A stretch of DNA of 64,000 nt, taken from the NCBI GenBank assembly GCA_043228905.1, contig JBHGNT010000007.1:3658001-3722000 (forward strand). The letters run 5' to 3'. Of the stretch, positions 58,810 to 64,000 are shown one piece after another. Within the stretch, counting starts at the first letter, position 1; every line of letters begins with the position of its first letter. A model generated the notes under the pieces. It saw only the letters and a program-made list of their open reading frames with translations. It searched no databases and was not told where the DNA came from. This stretch comes from Azolla caroliniana (Eukaryota > Plantae > Polypodiophyta). Both the position numbers and the translations under genes were made by a program.

Positions 58810-60065
58810 TGTAAAGAAACAGACTCGTAGGTGGTGTTGGGTAGCGGAAGATGACTGTGTGTGTGTAACAAGCAGAGAGAGAGAAAGAGAGAGCTCTTAG
58901 AACAAGAAAATGTATATTACATTTCTGAAAGCTAGTGTGCGGATCCGTATGGTAAACTGGCTATGCCGGATAGCAACAGAGAGTAAAAAATAGGTTCAAT
59001 GGAAACTTGAGAGTACTTAGCATACACAAGAGAGAGAGAGAGAGAGCAGAACATAAACTCTATTGAAAAATAATAACACTCTAAAACTCTATACATAGAA
59101 TGTGCTAAACAACACTATTTATAGAAGTCCTCAAAGAGACTGACAAAAGTACTATGTACTTCAATACTCATACAAGCGGCTGACATTAACTACGAGGACT
59201 CTGACTACCTAATAGTCTAGGAGTATAGGCTACTACTAGCCTTCCGGTTCACATTTGAATCTGGCTCTCTGATCCGGTTCACAGATCCGGCTACTAGTTC
59301 CGGATATCATCAGGCTCCGGCTCCGGCTTATATAGCCGATCCGGATTAGGTTGAGCTCAACACTCCCCCTCAAGCTCAACTTGAGGTCAGATCATGGTGT
59401 TAGTGTTTGTAGTGACTGGTCCTTTCCTTTGTCTCCTTCTGACATCATCTTGCCTTCCACGCGCTCCTCGTCTGATCCGGTTCCGCTTCTCGTGACTCTT
59501 TCTTTCTTCCTCTCCAGTTCCTTGTCAGGTACCATCCATTCCCGTTCCTATTCTCCCCCTCAAGTGCGGCACGTCAAGATGCTGAATGCTAAGCATCTCC
59601 GAAAAATGCTACAACTTGTCCGATCCGAGCAACTTGGTGAAGATGTCGACAACTTGCCGATCCGTGTGAGCATACTGAAGTTCAACTTCATCGCTCAGGA
59701 CCTGTTCACGAACAAAGTGATAATGCACTTCTATGTGCTTTGTCCGAGCATGGAATACAGGGTTCTTGGCGAGTTGTATGCTGCTTATGTTGTCACAATA
59801 AATCAGGATCGGGGTCCGCACCTCGATCCGGAGGTCATGCAACAATCGCCGAAGCCAGATGGCTTCACAGGTGGCGATAGTAGCGCCCCGGTACTCAGCC
59901 TTAGTGCTTGACAAAGCCATTGTTGACTACTTTTTGTTGCTCCATGCGACAGCCGTGCTACCAAGAGAAAACATGTAACTGGAGGTGGATCGACGATCCA
60001 ATGCATCACCAGCCCAGTCGGCATCGGTATATCCGACTAGCTTCCCAACTACACTGTGTCAGTAT
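58810..60065 (-). mobile_element. Copia J 3' end: LTR 58810-59362, PPT, RNase H remnant
   Basis: ALSSTKAEYRG...FHARTKHIEVHYHFVRE motif. PPT gagcttgagggggag abuts TGTTGAG on the minus strand. Confidence 0.85.
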
Positions 60066-62011
60066 TGTTGAATAGGGGTTTCTAATGGACGTATTCACAT
60101 TGTCTCTTTTGAACACACTAGGTTTAGGCTATTTATGTAAATAGTGAGAAGGGCAGTTGCCCTAAGTCAATCAGTATATAAACTGACTTTGTAACCTAGT
60201 TGTGAATAGTTGAACACACTAGGCTTAGGCTATTTATGTAAATAGTGAGAAGGGCAGCTGCCCTAAGTCAATCAGTATATAAACTGACCTTGTAACCTAG
60301 TTGTGAATAGTTGCTCATTTTGTAAAAAGTCGTAATAAACTTCCTTGACATTGTGCCTACCTCTCTGTTGTGTACTTGTTACATCTTGTTTTCGGTTCAT
60401 GTTTCCATTGATCTTTCTCGTTTGTACATAATCTTACGATCTTCAAATAGAAGAGGGTCGACTAAGTTCCATATTAGTTGGCAGAGTCTACAACATTTGG
60501 TATTAGAGCCAGGTTCTTGATTGATCTTGCTGCTGCCTTCTATCTAGTCTCCATCGACAACTCTTCTTTGTGTATCCTAAAGGTCTTAGTTGATCTCAAC
60601 AGGAAACCTACAACAAGACTGTTCTTCGTAAAGAGAAACGTGATGAAGTCGGCACTCCATTGTTCTAGATCACTATTGGTTCTGTGATCATAGCCACTCG
60701 GAGTGAGACTTCTATCTCGACTAGGCCAATTCATTGCTTCACTTGATTAGGCAGAAATCGAATAGGTCATCTGACACTATTCTCCTACTCGTCGTAGTCA
60801 CCTAAAGCAAAGACGACCCCAGGGGCAACCCCAATCTGTGTTTCATTTGACTGAACGATATTCGGGAGGACCAGTCGGATTTGTCCCTCTCATCGTTGCA
60901 GTCAACCGAAACAAGATTGGCCTGGAGTACTGCACGTAATCTGTGTTGGAAAATCTTGGAAAATCGATATTCATAATCGACACAACTTGTATCCAACTTC
61001 GGCTAGAACGACATCGAGTGAACTGGGCTGCTACACTCCACCACAGTTCATAGCTAACTCCGGACAAAGTCTATTATACCAACACAGATGGCTTCAACAT
61101 CCGGCTCATCAGAGATGAGTCTACGGAAGTTCGATGGATCGAACTTCAACTTCTGGAAGGAGCAGATGCAAGACTATGTAATCGTCAAGGGGCAAATTGA
61201 CCCCATTAAGAATGAAGACCCTCTAGAAGGATACAAACCAATTGAGTGGCAGAAGCTGGACAGAATCATTTGCGCCACTATTTGGATGCACCTATCAAAG
61301 TCCGTATATTTCACGGTGCAATCGTGTTCGACAGCCTTCCAACTATGGAAGACACTTTCAGACACTTATGAAAAGAAAGTTGTCGCCACGAAGATATTCT
61401 TGATTCGGCGTCTCTATAATCTTCGGATGAAGGAATCCAATTCGGTCCAGGCACACCTAAACGAGTACAAAAGTCTTAGCTCCCAAATTGCAGATCAGGG
61501 GACGATCATTGAGGATGAACTAAAAACAATGTTGCTTATGAGTAGTCTTCCTCCCTTCGTCGTGGGAAACTTTCGTCACAACCGTGTGCAATGTGTCGAC
61601 CACGACCGTTAAGTACTCCTTAGTCATGAGCGCCATTCTAACTGAAGCAATTCAGACAAAATTGTTTGCGAATGATTCGGCCAATGACGCTTACATAGTA
61701 CAAGGTTTGATTGACCGATCGAACAGCCGTGGAAGGGACTCTTCACGGCAGCCAAACAATCAGTGAAGTCGGAGCAAGTCCCAGGATAATCGAGTATGCA
61801 ATTACTCCAGGAAACTCGGACACATCAAAGCCAATTTCCATGCACTCAAGGCCGAAAACAATAAGGCTCAGCGAGCCAATCAGAAGAGTGGTCGGCGTGA
61901 GGAGATAAACTATGTCGGCTCTTCAGCTGAAGTATTGACAAACGACCCAAATATTCTATCAATTGAGAACCCAGTCGAATTAGAAGTTCTACTTACAAGT
62001 GAAGAATCGAG
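60066..62011 (+). mobile_element. Copia K (relative of F): 5' LTR 60066-60495, PBS 60498-60509, degenerate gag from 61088
   Basis: MASTSGSSEMSLRKFDGSNF is identical to the start of F. LTR is homologous to the I LTR in reverse orientation. Confidence 0.9.
60111..60312 (+). repeat. 101-bp tandem duplication in K LTR
   Basis: gaacacactagg...tgtgaatagtt at 60111-60211 and 60212-60312, with about 3 mismatches. Confidence 0.92.
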
Positions 62012-62271
62012 TGTTGCCTTCCTCTCTATAGGCAACACCTTCAATTCCTAACCGGAATCAGACCAAAGGACTGTGGTACGTGGCGGACAAATCGCTTTTA
62101 CGGAATTGATTAACACCCTACAGATTACGTAAGAGGAAACCTTAGCTTATGCATACACGATAGGGGGAGATAGTTTACTTAACAATTATTAAAAGTGAAC
62201 AATGACAATCATAGACCCAACACTGTTTAGATTACGAAATGAGTAATGATTATAGTTACACAGCTATCTGA

Positions 62272-64000
62272 TGTCGTGAAGAAAATCGGCCATAGGCGGA
62301 TTCGAAGAGAAAGGCGCGTGAACCGGCTCTTACACGGATGGACGCGTAACTTGATATTTTGAACCCGATTCATAAACAGATCGGTGGGTGAAATATGAGG
62401 CGGCACGCATTTATCAGGGGATTGTGTGTATCTCTGTCAGACGGAGGGAAGGACAGGGAATAAAAAGGGACTTGACAAGAGAGAAGGTTATCGCGCACGA
62501 GGAGGTAGAAGGAGAGGGCTGCAGAACGGAAGGAGGGAGCTCTCTCTGCGACTCGAATCGTCGCTCTCTGCGGGTGTCGAGAGGTCGCTGCCACTGCTTC
62601 GTGGACAGCCCGTGTGCTTCCAACAAAGTCGTGCCCCTTCCCCTTTTGTTTCTTGGAGTCGGTGACCGTCGTCGGTGTGCGTGAGTAGGGTCCCCGTGTC
62701 GGGCCCGTCGCCGCTTTGTCGGTTGTAACTGACGGAGTTTGAAATCTCTGTCATTATAATTAAGTGTTACATTCTGTTTCTCCCTTCCTCGCTTCTACGT
62801 GTCGGTGAATCTTTCTCTCTCTCTGTATCTCTCTCTCTCGCTCCTCGGTCCAAGACCCCCGTGGTCCCCCCCTTTTCTACACGTACGCGCGTAATAACGC
62901 GACATATATTTGGTGAACCCGACGTGAAAAGGGCGGCAAAGGAGTCGAAAGATGAGGGGATCAGAGCTAGCAGAGGCGATGGCGTTGGCCGTCGACCGGC
63001 TGGTGAGCGCTCGTGAGGGAACGGGTACCCTCGATAGAGCCATTGAATCGATCGTCGGCTCAATAGGCCGTTTCGGAGGGAAAGACGCCACAAGTTATTT
63101 GGAGGCTTACCGGGCCGAAATGATCATGAGGGATATCCCGGCGGACAGGCAGTTGTCCGGATTCCCTCGGGTGGTGACGCCAGGCATCCATGCGGAGGTG
63201 CTGGCCGGATGCCAAATTTGGGAGGAGTTCGAGCTGCAGCTCCTCGAGAAGTACGGGTTTGATGACTTGCTCCGGCTGTCGAGGCGAGACTTCATGGTGT
63301 GGGTGGAAAGCCCTGAAAAAGGGAGGAACACGTCGGTGCTCCTGCAGGAGTTCGAAAAACGGTTCGCGTGGCTGTCGACGCTGGACCGGACGGTGCTCGA
63401 AACGAGTCGAGTGCTGCTATTTGTCAAGTCGGTGGATGCGCTCGACAGGGAAAAGGTGGGTCCCCTACTGGAAACGGACGAAGGGCTCACGACGGATTGG
63501 GCCGTGGTAAAACGGGTCTGTAGCCGTTTCGACAAACGGCGCGATTGGAGCGACGGAAGCACGTCGGGGTCGGGGCCGGTCCCAGGGAGGAGCCTCGAGG
63601 AGCCGGTTGCGGTGCTGGCTGGGAGGAAGGAAGAGACCCGAATCTGGCCGGAGTCGGGGTCGGCATCAAATGACGTGGTCAGAGGCACGTCCGGAGGAGC
63701 GGCTCTGGAGGAGCTAACACAGATGGTGCGCGACCTGTAGATCGCACAGGCCTGAAGAGACAGCGGTGAACAACCTCGCGACCGGAGGCCGCCGGCTGAG
63801 CAGCGGTGCATGTGGTGTGACGCGATCGGTCACATTCGGAAGGACTGCGCGGACTTCGCCGACGCACTCAGGACCAATGTCGTGTACCTCTGGAACGAGC
63901 GGGTGCACGCGAGCGAGACCCGGAGAGCCCTGGAACTGAATACGGGGCGCGGCGGCATGAAGAGGTTGATGGAAGAGGCCGCGGTACGGCACGTCGAAGC
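62272..64000 (+). mobile_element. Gypsy H (relative of D): 5' LTR 62272-62904, tRNA-Trp PBS 62911-62928, defective gag from 62952, runs off the window
   Basis: TGTCGTGAAG...CGCGACA LTR and perfect PBS. Gag is homologous to D, with in-frame stops from 63738. Confidence 0.93.

Overview
Plant genomic DNA, probably from a non-seed plant such as a fern (an inference from the retroelement types). It holds one host gene, a secreted Gly/Cys-rich protein at 6587-7402, followed by a deeply nested LTR-retrotransposon pile from about 9 kb to the end. Most insertions can be closed with paired LTRs and target-site duplications (TSDs). A minus-strand Copia (A2, 14926-55094) carries Gypsy B (17179-25049), the chain Gypsy C (25337-45197) > Gypsy D (31344-44140) > chromovirus G (36810-42469), a deleted Gypsy E split by a ~6.8 kb inversion, and an intact young Copia F (46910-52352). 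A second open-ended nest runs from 55490 to 64000. The most notable signals are cis-acting: (1) a tRNA-like Pol III A/B-box cassette, antisense in U3, in LTRs of two unrelated Gypsy lineages; (2) a conserved -1 frameshift site plus pseudoknot after the protease in a tRNA-Trp-primed Gypsy group, which also has a DHG protease motif, 4-bp TSDs mostly centred on CpG and a covarying hairpin before the PPT; (3) an intact chromovirus with a Tf1-type self-priming PBS and its own frameshift pseudoknot. Element letters are my labels. All alignments and folds were done by eye.
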